64,000 nt of DNA from an uncultured Pseudomonadota bacterium (GTDB lineage Bacteria > Pseudomonadota > Gammaproteobacteria > Burkholderiales > SG8-39). The stretch is taken from positions 90 through 64,089 of the forward strand of contig CAILKO010000052.1 of assembly GCA_903834835.1 (NCBI GenBank). Direction: 5' to 3'. Shown one piece after another: positions 27,037 through 36,753 of the stretch. The notes under the pieces are model-generated. The model was given only the letters and a program-made list of their open reading frames with translations. It had not been told where the DNA came from and did no database searches. The position numbers were made by a program, and so were the translations under genes. Each line of letters starts with the position of its first letter. The first letter of the stretch is position 1.

Positions 27037-28209
27037 ATGCCAGCCGCCCTGCCCGCCGCATTGCCTGCACTCCTCGCCGCCTTCATCGTCTCCGCCTGCG
27101 GGCATGCGCTCTACAACGGCAGCCGCATGATCGTCTCGCTGATGGCGATCACGCTGGAGGCGGGGCCGGCGACGCTCGGCGCGCTCGGGGCGCTCGGCGG
27201 GCTGCTGCCGACGCTCTTCGGCGTGCCGCTCGGACGGCTGATCGACCGCGTCGGCGTGGCGCGGCCGGTGATGGGCAGTCTCGTGCTGGCCGCGCTCGGC
27301 ATCCTCGCGCCGGGGCTGTGGCCCTCGTACTGGACGCTCGCGCTCGCGAGTCTCCTCGCGGGGCTTGCCTTCATGATGGGCATCATCGGCGCGAACAAGG
27401 CGGTGGCGATGCTCACCTCGCCCGAGCGCCGCGCGGGCCAGCTCGGCTGGCTCTCGGCCACGAGTTCGATCGGCGGCTCGGCCGCGCTGATGGCGCTTGG
27501 CTATGCGGTGGACCACTACGGGCATCGCGCGAGCTTCATGCTCACCGCCCTCGTGCCGGCGGTTTCCTGCCTCGCGCTCGCCACGCTCGGGCGCAGCCTG
27601 CCCCGGCGCGGGCCGGACGCGCCCGCGCAGCGGACCGGCTCCACGATGGATCTGTGGCGCGATGCGCCGCTGCGCCGCATGCTGCTGCTCTCGGCGGTGG
27701 TGCCGGTGGCGAACGACACCTTCAGCTTCCTGATGCCGATCATCGCCTCCAACCTCGGCTGGTCGGCCACCCTGACCGGCATCGTGATGGGCAGCGCGCT
27801 CGGCGCGGCGATGCTGGCGCGCGCGCTGCTCCCCTGGACGACGCGCGTGATGCGGCCCTGGACGCTGCTCGCCGTATCCTTCGTCGCGATCAGCGGGGCC
27901 TATCTGCTGATGCCGGTGGTCGAGCACCCGCTCCTGATGGCAGTACTCGCGCTCACGATGGGGCTCGGCACCGGCATGGCCCCGCCCGTGCTCTCGGCCC
28001 TGCTCTACGAGGATTCCCCGCCCGGGCGCCAGGGCGAGGTGTTCGGGATGCGCGGCTCGCTGCAGTTCGCGCTCGCGGCCGGCGCGCCGCTCGCGGTGGG
28101 CGCGCTCGGCACCTTTGTCGGCCTGTCGCCGATGATCTGGGCCATGGGTTTCGCGATGAGCTGGGCGGCGCGCGTCTCCTTCCGCGAACGCGCACGCCGC
28201 GCGGGCTGA
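27037..28209 (+). CDS. MFS transporter (paralog group B)
   Basis: 390 aa with about 12 hydrophobic helices and MFS motif A GRLIDRVG. Paralog of 34399-35544 (shared SPPGRQGEV). Confidence 0.85.
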   Translation: MPAALPAALPALLAAFIVSACGHALYNGSRMIVSLMAITLEAGPATLGALGALGGLLPTLFGVPLGRLIDRVGVARPVMGSLVLAALGILAPGLWPSYWTLALASLLAGLAFMMGIIGANKAVAMLTSPERRAGQLGWLSATSSIGGSAALMALGYAVDHYGHRASFMLTALVPAVSCLALATLGRSLPRRGPDAPAQRTGSTMDLWRDAPLRRMLLLSAVVPVANDTFSFLMPIIASNLGWSATLTGIVMGSALGAAMLARALLPWTTRVMRPWTLLAVSFVAISGAYLLMPVVEHPLLMAVLALTMGLGTGMAPPVLSALLYEDSPPGRQGEVFGMRGSLQFALAAGAPLAVGALGTFVGLSPMIWAMGFAMSWAARVSFRERARRAG

Positions 28210-28243
28210 ATACCGGCAGTAAAAAACGCCCTGTGATGCCATG

Positions 28244-28265
28244 ATAGTAACGTATTTGTTACTAT
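28244..28265 (+). repeat. 22-bp palindromic site copy 4 (ATAGTAAC-GTATTT-GTTACTAT)
   Basis: Identical to copy 1. Lies between two convergent stop codons. Confidence 0.9.
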
Positions 28266-28272
28266 CTATCTT

Positions 28273-29451
28273 CTACACCCGCCCCGGCTTCCTCCCCACC
28301 CAGGCGCCGGCCATCCCCATCAGCGCCGCACCCGCCACGAACACGCCGGCGAGCCCGATCGCGGCTGCGAGCGCGCCGAAAGCGGGCGGGGTCAGCACGC
28401 GCAGCGCCGCGTTGCCGGTGTTGCGCACCGCGAGGAACTGGCTCGCCGCCGCGGGCGGCAGGCGCGCATAGGCAAGCGTCGAGGTGATCGGGTTCGCCGC
28501 ATAGCAGGCGTAGCCATAGATGAAGCTCGAGGCGACCAGCACCGCCGCGCCGCTGCCCGCCAGCAGCAGCACGAGCGAGACGCCCATCAGCACCAGACAT
28601 AGGCCGAGCACGCGCTCCTCGCCCAGCCAGATGGAAAGCCGCGGCAGCGTGAGCGGCAGCACGATCATGCCGATCGCGGACACCGACACCGTCGCACCGA
28701 TCACCGAGGCCGAGAGCCCCGCCGCATGACCGAAGAGTGGCAGCAGGAAGGGATAGAGCTCGAAACCCACGCAGCAGATGCTGCTCATCGCGACCAGCCG
28801 CCAGACCTCGCGATGGCGGAGCGTCTCCTTCAGCCCGCCTGCGGCGGACTTCGCGCCCACCGGCGCGGGCAGGCTCTGCCCCCAGACGAGCAGCAGCACC
28901 AGCATCGCGAGCGCGAAGGGCAGGTAGACGAGCATCGCGCTCTGCTGCCCGACCGCGTCGATCGCGATGCCCGAGGCGAAGGGACCGATGAACGCGGTGA
29001 AGGAGGAGATGAAGGCGTAGCGGCTGAAATTGCGCGATAGCGTGGCCGGCGTGGAGAGTAGCCCGACCACCGTCTGTGTGGGCTGGAAGGCGAGCGTGTT
29101 CGCTGCGCCGAAGAGCAGCGCCGCCGCGTACACCGAGGCAATCGTCGGCACAAAGAAGGGCAGCACCGCCCCGGTAACGCTGCAGCAGGCGCTCGCATAG
29201 AGGAGCGGCCGCGCGCCCCAGCGATCGAGCGCCATCGACACCGGTATCGAGATGAAGAGCATCGGGATCTGGCTGCCGGCGGCGATCACGCCGACCTCGA
29301 AGGACCCCGCGCCGAGTTCCAGCGCGAACAGCGACAGCGCCACGCGTGCGCCGATCATCGGCACGAAGGCGAGCGTGAGCAGTGCAAGGATGAGCTTCAG
29401 GCCGGTGCTCATCGGGCTGCGCGCGGATTCCGGGGAGGCGCGGGTAGCCAT
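28273..29451 (-). CDS. MFS transporter (paralog group A)
   Basis: Hydrophobic, with ALDRWG, PLFGHAAGLSASVIG and FLAVRNTGNA. Alternative start at 29412. Confidence 0.85.
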   Translation of the reverse strand: MATRASPESARSPMSTGLKLILALLTLAFVPMIGARVALSLFALELGAGSFEVGVIAAGSQIPMLFISIPVSMALDRWGARPLLYASACCSVTGAVLPFFVPTIASVYAAALLFGAANTLAFQPTQTVVGLLSTPATLSRNFSRYAFISSFTAFIGPFASGIAIDAVGQQSAMLVYLPFALAMLVLLLVWGQSLPAPVGAKSAAGGLKETLRHREVWRLVAMSSICCVGFELYPFLLPLFGHAAGLSASVIGATVSVSAIGMIVLPLTLPRLSIWLGEERVLGLCLVLMGVSLVLLLAGSGAAVLVASSFIYGYACYAANPITSTLAYARLPPAAASQFLAVRNTGNAALRVLTPPAFGALAAAIGLAGVFVAGAALMGMAGAWVGRKPGRV

Positions 29452-29460
29452 CGGCCGATG

Positions 29461-30636
29461 CTAGCGGCTCGCCGCGACATCGGGCGGCACGGCGGCGAAA
29501 CGCCGGCGCGCGCCTACCCACAGGCCCGAGGCGCCCATGATGGCGGCGCTCACCGCGATGCCCGCGGCGAGGCCGAGCCCGGCGGCGAGCGCGCCGAAGA
29601 CGGGCGCGATCACCACGCGCAGCGCCGCATTGCCGGTGTTGCGCACCGCGAGAAAGCGCGCCGCCACCCCGGGCGGCAGATGCGCCCAGGCAAGCGTGGA
29701 GGTAAGCGGGTTCGCCGCATAGCAGGCCAGCCCGTAGAGGAAGGAAGCGGCGACCAGCAGCGGCACATTGCCCGGCGGCAGCAGCATCAGGAAGGCGATG
29801 CCCATCACGCCCAGGCAGGCCGCCATCACGCGCTCCTCGCCGCAGGTGCGCGCCAGAAAGGGCAGCAGCACCGGCAGCAGGATCATGCCGATCGCCGCCA
29901 CCGACACGGTCGCGCCGATCACCGAGGCCGAGAGCCCGGCCGCATGGCCGTAAAGCGGCACGAAGAACGGAAAGAGATCCAGCCCGATGCCGGAGAGGCC
30001 GCTGATCGCGATCAGCCGCCAGACCTTGCGGTTGCGCAGCGTCTCGGCGAGCCCTCCCCCTCCCGTGTGTGCGCGCGCCTTCCTCGCGGCCGGCAGCACG
30101 CGCCCGACCGCGAGCACCAGCGCGAGCGCGGAGAGTTCGAAGGCGAGGAAGACGAGAAAGCCGCTGCGGTGGCCGGCCGCATCGATCGCGAGCCCCGAGG
30201 CGACGGGACCGAAGAGCGCAGAGAGCGAGGAGAAAAAGGCGTACACGCTGAAATCGCGCGCGAGCGTCTCCGGCCTGCCGAGCAGGCCGACCAGGGTCTG
30301 GCCCGGCTGGAAGGCGAGCACGTTCGAGGTGCCGAACAGAAAGGACGCGATGACGAGCGCGCTCACGTCCGGCCAGGCCCAGGGCAGCAGCGTGCCCGCG
30401 ATGCCGCAGAGCGCGCTCGCTGCGAGCGTGACGCGCGGCCCGCAGCGCTCGAGCATCGCGGCCACCGGCAGCGAGAAGAGCAGCATCGGAATCTGGCTCG
30501 CCGCCCCGATCACGCCGACCTCGAAGGCGCCCGCGCCGAGATCGAGCGCATAGAGCGAGAGCGCAATCCGCACCCCCATCACCGGGATGAACACGAGGAG
30601 CGAGAACACCAGCACGAACACGAACCCGCGCCGCAT
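29461..30636 (-). CDS. MFS transporter (paralog group A)
   Basis: LGAGAFEVGVI, PLYGHAAGLSASVIG and FLAVRNTGNA. Confidence 0.85.
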   Translation of the reverse strand: MRRGFVFVLVFSLLVFIPVMGVRIALSLYALDLGAGAFEVGVIGAASQIPMLLFSLPVAAMLERCGPRVTLAASALCGIAGTLLPWAWPDVSALVIASFLFGTSNVLAFQPGQTLVGLLGRPETLARDFSVYAFFSSLSALFGPVASGLAIDAAGHRSGFLVFLAFELSALALVLAVGRVLPAARKARAHTGGGGLAETLRNRKVWRLIAISGLSGIGLDLFPFFVPLYGHAAGLSASVIGATVSVAAIGMILLPVLLPFLARTCGEERVMAACLGVMGIAFLMLLPPGNVPLLVAASFLYGLACYAANPLTSTLAWAHLPPGVAARFLAVRNTGNAALRVVIAPVFGALAAGLGLAAGIAVSAAIMGASGLWVGARRRFAAVPPDVAASR

Positions 30637-30638
30637 GC

Positions 30639-31826
30639 TCAGCCCTCCGCCTCCGCACGACCGGGGCGCTTTGCCTGCCATCCCGCCACGCCCATCACCG
30701 CAGCGAGCAGCACGAACACCGCGGGCAGGCCGAGGAAGCCCGCGAGCGCGCCGAACACCGGGGAGACCACCACGCGCACCGCGGCGTTGCCGGTATTGCG
30801 CAGCGCGAGGAACTGCCCGGCGCGCAGCGGCGGCAGATGCCGGTAGGCGAGCATCGCGGTGACCGGGCTGCAGGCGCAGGTGGCAAAGCCGTAGAGAAAG
30901 GCCGAGGCGCCGAGCACCCAGACGTTCGTTCCCGCCGCGAGCATCAGGAAGGAGAGCCCGACGAAACCGAGGCAGAGCGCCATCACGCGGTGCTCACCCA
31001 GCTTGCGCACCGACCAGGCGAGCACCAGCGGCAGCAGCATCGCCCCGATCGAGATCACCGCCACCAGCGCACCGATCACCGAGGCCGAATAGCCCGCCGC
31101 ATGGCCGTGCAGCGGCAGGAAGAGCGGATAGAGCTCGAGCGCGAGCGCGACGCTGTTGCTCATCGCGATGAAGCCCCAGACGCGCCGGTCGCGCAGCGTC
31201 TCGCGCAGTGCCCCTACGCCTGCGGCCTCCTTCGTCGGCGCGGGGCCGGGCAGCATGCGCCCGCCGAAGGCAAGCATCGCGAGCGCGGCGAGTTCCAGCG
31301 GCAGCATCACCAGCATGCCGCGCGCGGGGCCGAAGGCATCGATCGCGAGCCCGCCCGCGAAGGGCCCGATCACGCCCGCGATCGCGCCGACAAAGGAATA
31401 CACGCTGAAGTTGCGCGCGAGCGTGCTCTGGTCGCTGAAGGCGCCGATGAGCTTCTGCAAGGGCTGCGAGCCGAGCACGTTCGAGAGACCGAAGAAGATG
31501 GACGAGGCCAGCACCGCCGGCATCACCGGAAATGCGAAGGGCAGCAGCACCGCGACCAGGCCGCAGCATGCCGAGGCCCAGAGCACCGAGCGCGCACCGT
31601 AGCGGTCCATCGCGAGCGCCACCGGCACCGACAGGAACAGCATCGGCAGCTGGGTGGAGGCCGACACGACGCCCACCTCGAAGGCGCCCGCACCGAGCGA
31701 GAGCGCGAACAGCGACAGCATCACGCGCGCGCCGATCAGCGAGCTGAACACGCACATCATCCAGATGTTGGTGTAGCGCAGGCCGGCGCGCTGGGTGTCG
31801 GCTGACATCGTCGGGGGCTGTGACAT
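30639..31826 (-). CDS. MFS transporter (paralog group A)
   Basis: LGAGAFEVGVV, AMDRYG, PLHGHAAGYSASVIG and FLALRNTGNA. Confidence 0.85.
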   Translation of the reverse strand: MSQPPTMSADTQRAGLRYTNIWMMCVFSSLIGARVMLSLFALSLGAGAFEVGVVSASTQLPMLFLSVPVALAMDRYGARSVLWASACCGLVAVLLPFAFPVMPAVLASSIFFGLSNVLGSQPLQKLIGAFSDQSTLARNFSVYSFVGAIAGVIGPFAGGLAIDAFGPARGMLVMLPLELAALAMLAFGGRMLPGPAPTKEAAGVGALRETLRDRRVWGFIAMSNSVALALELYPLFLPLHGHAAGYSASVIGALVAVISIGAMLLPLVLAWSVRKLGEHRVMALCLGFVGLSFLMLAAGTNVWVLGASAFLYGFATCACSPVTAMLAYRHLPPLRAGQFLALRNTGNAAVRVVVSPVFGALAGFLGLPAVFVLLAAVMGVAGWQAKRPGRAEAEG

Positions 31827-31884
31827 CGAAACTACGGGTGTCGGGAGGCCGCGCCCCGGATGGCGCGCGGCACTCGCCCCGAGA

Positions 31885-32997
31885 TCAGACCTTCCTCGGA
31901 AACCGGATATCCATCATCGCGCGCTTGTTGTGCAGCGGCGATCCGAGATAGGGATAGAGCGCGTGCGCGAGCACGCTGTGCGCCATCAGCGGATGCCGGT
32001 AGTCGGTGCCGGGGCCCGCGAACACCATGTGCGACTGGTTGCAGCCCTGGAAATAGCCTTCGCTCGCGACCGCCTTGCACTGGCGCGCGGCGGCGCGCGC
32101 GTCCTGCCCGGTGTCGAGCTTCCAGAGCGTCTCCCAGGTGATCCAGCGCGTCGCATCGAGATGATTCAGGATCTCGATGCAGTTGTCCTGCACGCGCTGG
32201 TAGCGGCCGATCGGCTGGCCGTAGACGATGCGCTCGCTCGTGTAGGCGTTGGTGAATTCGGAGATCTCCTGAAGCGCGCCGGTGATGAAGGCGCCGAGTA
32301 TCGGCAGCGCGCGCGTGAGCGCATCTTCCACGGTATTCCAGTCGCCGAACACATCGGCCGGGTCCACCGCCGCGCGCTCGAAGCGCACTTCGGAAGCCCC
32401 GATCAGGAAGCCCTGCTGGTGACACACGCTGACGCCGGGCGCATTGCGCGCGATGCAGGCAAGCGCAATCCGACCGTCATCGCGCCGCGCGGCGACGAGG
32501 AAGTGGGTGGCGGCGCCGCCATCCTGCACATAGCGCTTGCTGCCCTCGAGCACGAATCCCGCGCCGGCCTTCTCGAGCCTGGTCGTCACCGATTCGGCGC
32601 CAAAGCGGTTCGACGGATCCGCGAGCGCGGGGACGACGATCGCGCTGCCATCGCCGATGGCGGGCAGCAGGCGCTGCTTCAGCGCTTCGGGTGCGCCCGC
32701 GAGCAGAATCTCCGCGGCCAGCACACCGGACGAAAAATACGCGCCCGGCAGCGGTCCGCGGCCGAGTTCCTCGAACACGACGCCGCAGTCGAAGGCGCCC
32801 ATGCCCGCGCCGCCATAGGCCTCCGGCAGGCGCATGCCGAGCCAGCCCAGGCCCGCGGCCTTCTCCCAGATCTCAGGCAGGTGGAAGGTCTTCTGCTCGT
32901 ACCAGATGGTGATCTGGTCGGAGCGCGCCTCGGTCTTCATGAAATCGCGCGCCGCATCCTGCAGCATGCGCTGGTCGTCGGTCAGCCGGAAGTCCAT
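31885..32997 (-). CDS. Acyl-CoA dehydrogenase family protein (short subunit)
   Basis: MDFRLTDDQRML, PEAYGGAG, LEGSKRYV and R..YGQPIGRYQ. Confidence 0.88.
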   Translation of the reverse strand: MDFRLTDDQRMLQDAARDFMKTEARSDQITIWYEQKTFHLPEIWEKAAGLGWLGMRLPEAYGGAGMGAFDCGVVFEELGRGPLPGAYFSSGVLAAEILLAGAPEALKQRLLPAIGDGSAIVVPALADPSNRFGAESVTTRLEKAGAGFVLEGSKRYVQDGGAATHFLVAARRDDGRIALACIARNAPGVSVCHQQGFLIGASEVRFERAAVDPADVFGDWNTVEDALTRALPILGAFITGALQEISEFTNAYTSERIVYGQPIGRYQRVQDNCIEILNHLDATRWITWETLWKLDTGQDARAAARQCKAVASEGYFQGCNQSHMVFAGPGTDYRHPLMAHSVLAHALYPYLGSPLHNKRAMMDIRFPRKV

Positions 32998-33006
32998 CGC
33001 CCTCTC

Positions 33007-34221
33007 CTATCCCTTGGCCTGGCGCTTGCCCTCGACATTGCGTCCGAGGCCGAGGCAGCGCGAAATGATGATGCGATCGGTATGCAGCGTGCCGCCGCCG
33101 TGCATCATCCCCGGACCGTAGCGCACGTTGTATTCGAAATCGCCGAGCTCGTCGTAGCGCTCCTCGGGCACCAGCGCGTCGTAGCCGAGCATCTTCTGCA
33201 GGCGCTCGGCGTTCCTGAGGCGCACCATGCGCTGGAAGAAGAAGTACTGCGGGCCGGCATAGCGGTGCGGCGTCTTCTCGTTGTAATGCCAGTAGTTGCG
33301 CATGCCCCAGAGCCGCTCGGTGTCGACATCCAGCATCATGTCGGCGAGCTGGTCGCGCACGTCCGGGTCGTCGATGAGGCGCGTGCCGTCGGGCTGCACT
33401 TCCTCGCAGCGTGCGACCACATTCCGCAGCAGCGTCGACTCGCCGAGGCTGCCCCCGCCGCCCTGCTCGAGCACGAGGTAGGCGCTCGCGACCTTCCAGC
33501 CGTTGTTCTCGCCGCCCACCAGGTATTTCGCCGGCACGCGCACGTTGTCGAGATAGACCGCGTTCTTCACGCCCATCATCAGGTTGAGGTGGGTGTACGA
33601 AATGCCGGGCAGGTCGGCCGGAATGTAGAACCAGGAGAGGTTCTCGTGGCGCTTGCCCTCCGGCGCGGTATTGGTCAGCACCATCAGCCAGTCGGCCTTG
33701 GTGTGATGGCCGACCATGATCTTCTGTCCGTTGATGACGTAGTCATCGCCCTCGCGGATCGCGCGTGTGCGGCAGGTTGCGATATCGCTGCCGCCGTGCG
33801 GCTCGGTGAGGAGCTGCCACACCGCGACATCGCCGCGCATCATCGGCGGCAGGAACTCGCGCTTCTGTTCGTCGGTCCCGAACATCGTCACCGCCGGCAC
33901 CACGAGCTCGGCGCGCGTGTAGAACACATTGCCGAGCGGCAGTCCGCGCCGGTCGAGCTCCACTTCCAGCACGTTGCGATGCGCGGTAGTGAGCCCCCCG
34001 CCGCCATGTTCCTTCGCGTAGGTGGGGAAGAGCCAGCCCTTCCTGCCGAGCTTTTCCGCGAGCCGGCGGCGGAACAGGTACTCGGCATCGTCGTGCACCG
34101 TGGACCAGATGCCGGTGAGGCGGATGTGCTCGCCCTCCTTCATGTTCGCGTCCAGCCAGTCGCTCACTTCCTTGCGGAAGGCGGCGATCTCGGGTGTGTC
34201 GGCCTGCAGATTGAAATCCAT
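33007..34221 (-). CDS. Acyl-CoA dehydrogenase family protein
   Basis: FRKEVSDWL, QLLTEPHGGSD, YVINGQK, VGGENNGW and HGGGT. Confidence 0.9.
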   Translation of the reverse strand: MDFNLQADTPEIAAFRKEVSDWLDANMKEGEHIRLTGIWSTVHDDAEYLFRRRLAEKLGRKGWLFPTYAKEHGGGGLTTAHRNVLEVELDRRGLPLGNVFYTRAELVVPAVTMFGTDEQKREFLPPMMRGDVAVWQLLTEPHGGSDIATCRTRAIREGDDYVINGQKIMVGHHTKADWLMVLTNTAPEGKRHENLSWFYIPADLPGISYTHLNLMMGVKNAVYLDNVRVPAKYLVGGENNGWKVASAYLVLEQGGGGSLGESTLLRNVVARCEEVQPDGTRLIDDPDVRDQLADMMLDVDTERLWGMRNYWHYNEKTPHRYAGPQYFFFQRMVRLRNAERLQKMLGYDALVPEERYDELGDFEYNVRYGPGMMHGGGTLHTDRIIISRCLGLGRNVEGKRQAKG

Positions 34222-34398
34222 GCTGCGCTCCCTGGCGTCCGTGTATGCCGGCAGCAGTCTAGGTGCTTAGTCCCCGCCCGCGAAGGCCCGGGAGCGAAAC
34301 AGGCACCGGTCGCGCCGGTCGCGCCCGGCCTGCGTGCTAGCATCGGCGCGCATTTTTCTCGCCTTCCCTGCCCCCACCGTCCGGCCCGCTTTTCTCCG

Positions 34399-35544
34399 AT
34401 GCAGCTACTGGCAGTCTTCTTCTTCGGCGCCTGCGGCCACGCGATGTTCAACAACGGCCGCCTGCTGATCTCGCTCTCGTCCCTCGGTCTGGGCGCGAAC
34501 GCGGTCGGCGTCGGCGTGCTGATCGCGCTCTACGGTCTGATGCCGGTGCTCCTCGGCGTGACGCTCGGTCGCGTGGTGGACCGCGTGGGCGTGCGCCTGC
34601 CGATGATGCTCAGCGCCGGGCTGCTGATCATCTCCATGCTCGTGCCGCTGGCCTGGCTCTCCTTTGCGACGCTCGCGTTCTCGAGTCTTTCCACCGGACT
34701 CGCATTCATGGTGACCCTGGTCTGCACCAACAAGACCGTGGCCGCGCTGTCCAGTCCGGAGCAGCGCGCGGGCCGGCTCGGGTGGCTCGCCGCTGCGGCC
34801 TCCGCGGGCGGCGCGATCGGCCCGGTGATCGCCGGCTTCTCGATCGACCACGCCGGTCACCAGCTCACCTTCGGGGTGATCGCGCTGATTCCGCTCGCCG
34901 CGCTCGCGAGCGTGTTCGTCTGGGGACGCGGCTACCCCGGCGGCGCGCCCGCAGCGAGCACCGCGGCGCGCGGCGCGATGCGTGATCTGTGGCGCGACCG
35001 GCGGCTGCGCCGCATGCTGCTGCTCGCCACCGTGGTGCCGATGGCGCTCGACACCTACCTTTTCTTCGTGCCGCTGATCGCGGCCGAACGCGGCTGGTCG
35101 GCTTCGGTGACCGGCCTCATCCTCGGCTTCTCGGTCGGGGCGGTGGTGGTGGCGCGCGTGCTGCTGCCCTTCGCCAACCGGCTGATGGGGCCCTGGGGAC
35201 TGCTTGCGGCCTCCTATGTCGCGATCGGCATCGGCTTTTTCACGCTGCCCCTGATCGAGCAGCCGCTCACCATGCTCGTCGTGGCGGCCTTCGTGGGCGT
35301 GGGCACCGGGGTCGCGCCGCCGGTGCTGACATCGCTCGTCTACGCGGCCTCACCGCCCGGGCGCCAGGGCGAAGTGATCGGCCTGCGCACCTCGATGCAG
35401 TTCGGCATGGGAGCGGTCACGCCGATGATCGCGGGCGCTCTCGGTGCACTCGTCGGCATGTCCTGGGTATTCGTCGGCATCGGTGTGCTCCTCGCCGGCG
35501 CCTCGCGGCTTTGCTACCTGCGCCAGCGCGACGCGCCTGCCTGA
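34399..35544 (+). CDS. MFS transporter (paralog group B)
   Basis: GRVVDRVG, ACGHAMFNNGR and SPPGRQGEV. Start MQLLAV lies inside the long ORF-track frame. Confidence 0.85.
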   Translation: MQLLAVFFFGACGHAMFNNGRLLISLSSLGLGANAVGVGVLIALYGLMPVLLGVTLGRVVDRVGVRLPMMLSAGLLIISMLVPLAWLSFATLAFSSLSTGLAFMVTLVCTNKTVAALSSPEQRAGRLGWLAAAASAGGAIGPVIAGFSIDHAGHQLTFGVIALIPLAALASVFVWGRGYPGGAPAASTAARGAMRDLWRDRRLRRMLLLATVVPMALDTYLFFVPLIAAERGWSASVTGLILGFSVGAVVVARVLLPFANRLMGPWGLLAASYVAIGIGFFTLPLIEQPLTMLVVAAFVGVGTGVAPPVLTSLVYAASPPGRQGEVIGLRTSMQFGMGAVTPMIAGALGALVGMSWVFVGIGVLLAGASRLCYLRQRDAPA

Positions 35545-35562
35545 CCCGCGAGGACAGGCTGC

Positions 35563-36702
35563 CTAGCCGCGCGGCTTGCGTGCCTGCCAGACACTCGCCA
35601 CCCCCATCGAGGCGGCCGCGATCCAGAACACCAGCGCGAGTCCGCCCACGGCCGCGATGCCGCCGAATACGGGCGGCGCGAGCACGCGCGTGACGCCGTT
35701 GCCGAGGTTGCGCAGCCCGAGAAAGTGATTCGCCTTCACCTGCGAGAGCATGCCGAAGGCCATCATCGCGGTGACGGGGATGCTGGAGGCGATGCCCACG
35801 CCGTAGAGAAAGGACAGGAACCCGAGCACCCAGGGATTCACGGTGAAGGGCGTTAGCGCGAACACGATGCCGCAGAGCGCGAGGCAGGCCGCCATCACGC
35901 GCTCCTCGCCCGCACGGCGCACGAGCTGCGGCAGCACCAGCGGCAGCGACAGGCTGCCGAAGGCCGCTGCGGAGATGATCGCGCCGATGGTGGAGGCGGA
36001 GAGCCCCGCCGCATGGCCGTAGAGCGGCAGGAAGAAGGGATAGAGCTCGAAGGCCATCGCCGACACGCTGCTTACCGCGATCAGCTTCCAGACCACCGGG
36101 TCGGCCAGCGTCTCGCGCATCTTCGGCGTGTGCTCAGGCGCCTTGTCGCGCACCGCGAGCGATTTGCCGCGCAGCACGAGAAGCGCGATCGCCACCAGCG
36201 GCAGCGGCAGGAACACGAGCAGCGCCGGCACGTGACCGATCGCGTCGATCGACACCCCGGCGATGAAGGGCCCGAACAGGATGGTCGTGCCGGCGACGAA
36301 AGCATAGGTGCTGAAGTTGCGCGCGCGGTCCTCGGGCCGGCTGAAGGCGCCCACCAGCTTCTGCGTCGGCTGGAAGGTGAGCACGTTCCACATGCCGAAG
36401 AGGAGGGCCGAGCACATCACCACGGGGAGCGAGGTGAAGAACACGGGCAGCACGAGACTGGTCGCGCCGCAGATCGCGCCGGTGATCAGCAGCGCGCGCA
36501 CACCCCAGCGCTCGGACGCGGCGATGACCGGTATGGAAAACAGCACCAGCGCCACCTGCATGCCGCCGGTGATGATGCCCACTTCGAGCGAACCCGCGCC
36601 GAGCTCGAGCGCAAGCAGCGTATAGATGACGCGCGCACCGGTGACGGTGGTGTAAGTGAGGAAATTGAAAACGTTGATCAGTACGATCCTGCGGTCCGCC
36701 AT
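35563..36702 (-). CDS. MFS transporter (paralog group A)
   Basis: LGAGSLEVGII, PLYGHAAGLSASTIG and FLGLRNLGN. Confidence 0.85.
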   Translation of the reverse strand: MADRRIVLINVFNFLTYTTVTGARVIYTLLALELGAGSLEVGIITGGMQVALVLFSIPVIAASERWGVRALLITGAICGATSLVLPVFFTSLPVVMCSALLFGMWNVLTFQPTQKLVGAFSRPEDRARNFSTYAFVAGTTILFGPFIAGVSIDAIGHVPALLVFLPLPLVAIALLVLRGKSLAVRDKAPEHTPKMRETLADPVVWKLIAVSSVSAMAFELYPFFLPLYGHAAGLSASTIGAIISAAAFGSLSLPLVLPQLVRRAGEERVMAACLALCGIVFALTPFTVNPWVLGFLSFLYGVGIASSIPVTAMMAFGMLSQVKANHFLGLRNLGNGVTRVLAPPVFGGIAAVGGLALVFWIAAASMGVASVWQARKPRG

Positions 36703-36753
36703 CGGGACATCCTTTCGTTGCGCCGCGCGAGCGCAGCATCCATCACGCGGGCC

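Noticed and set aside
21791-35544. Very long ORF-track frames (21791-24367 +, 25049-27130 +, 28262-30658 -, and the N-terminal part of 31795-35544 +)
   Set aside because: These are antisense or off-frame shadows of well-supported genes, typical of high-GC DNA, and carry no motifs of their own.
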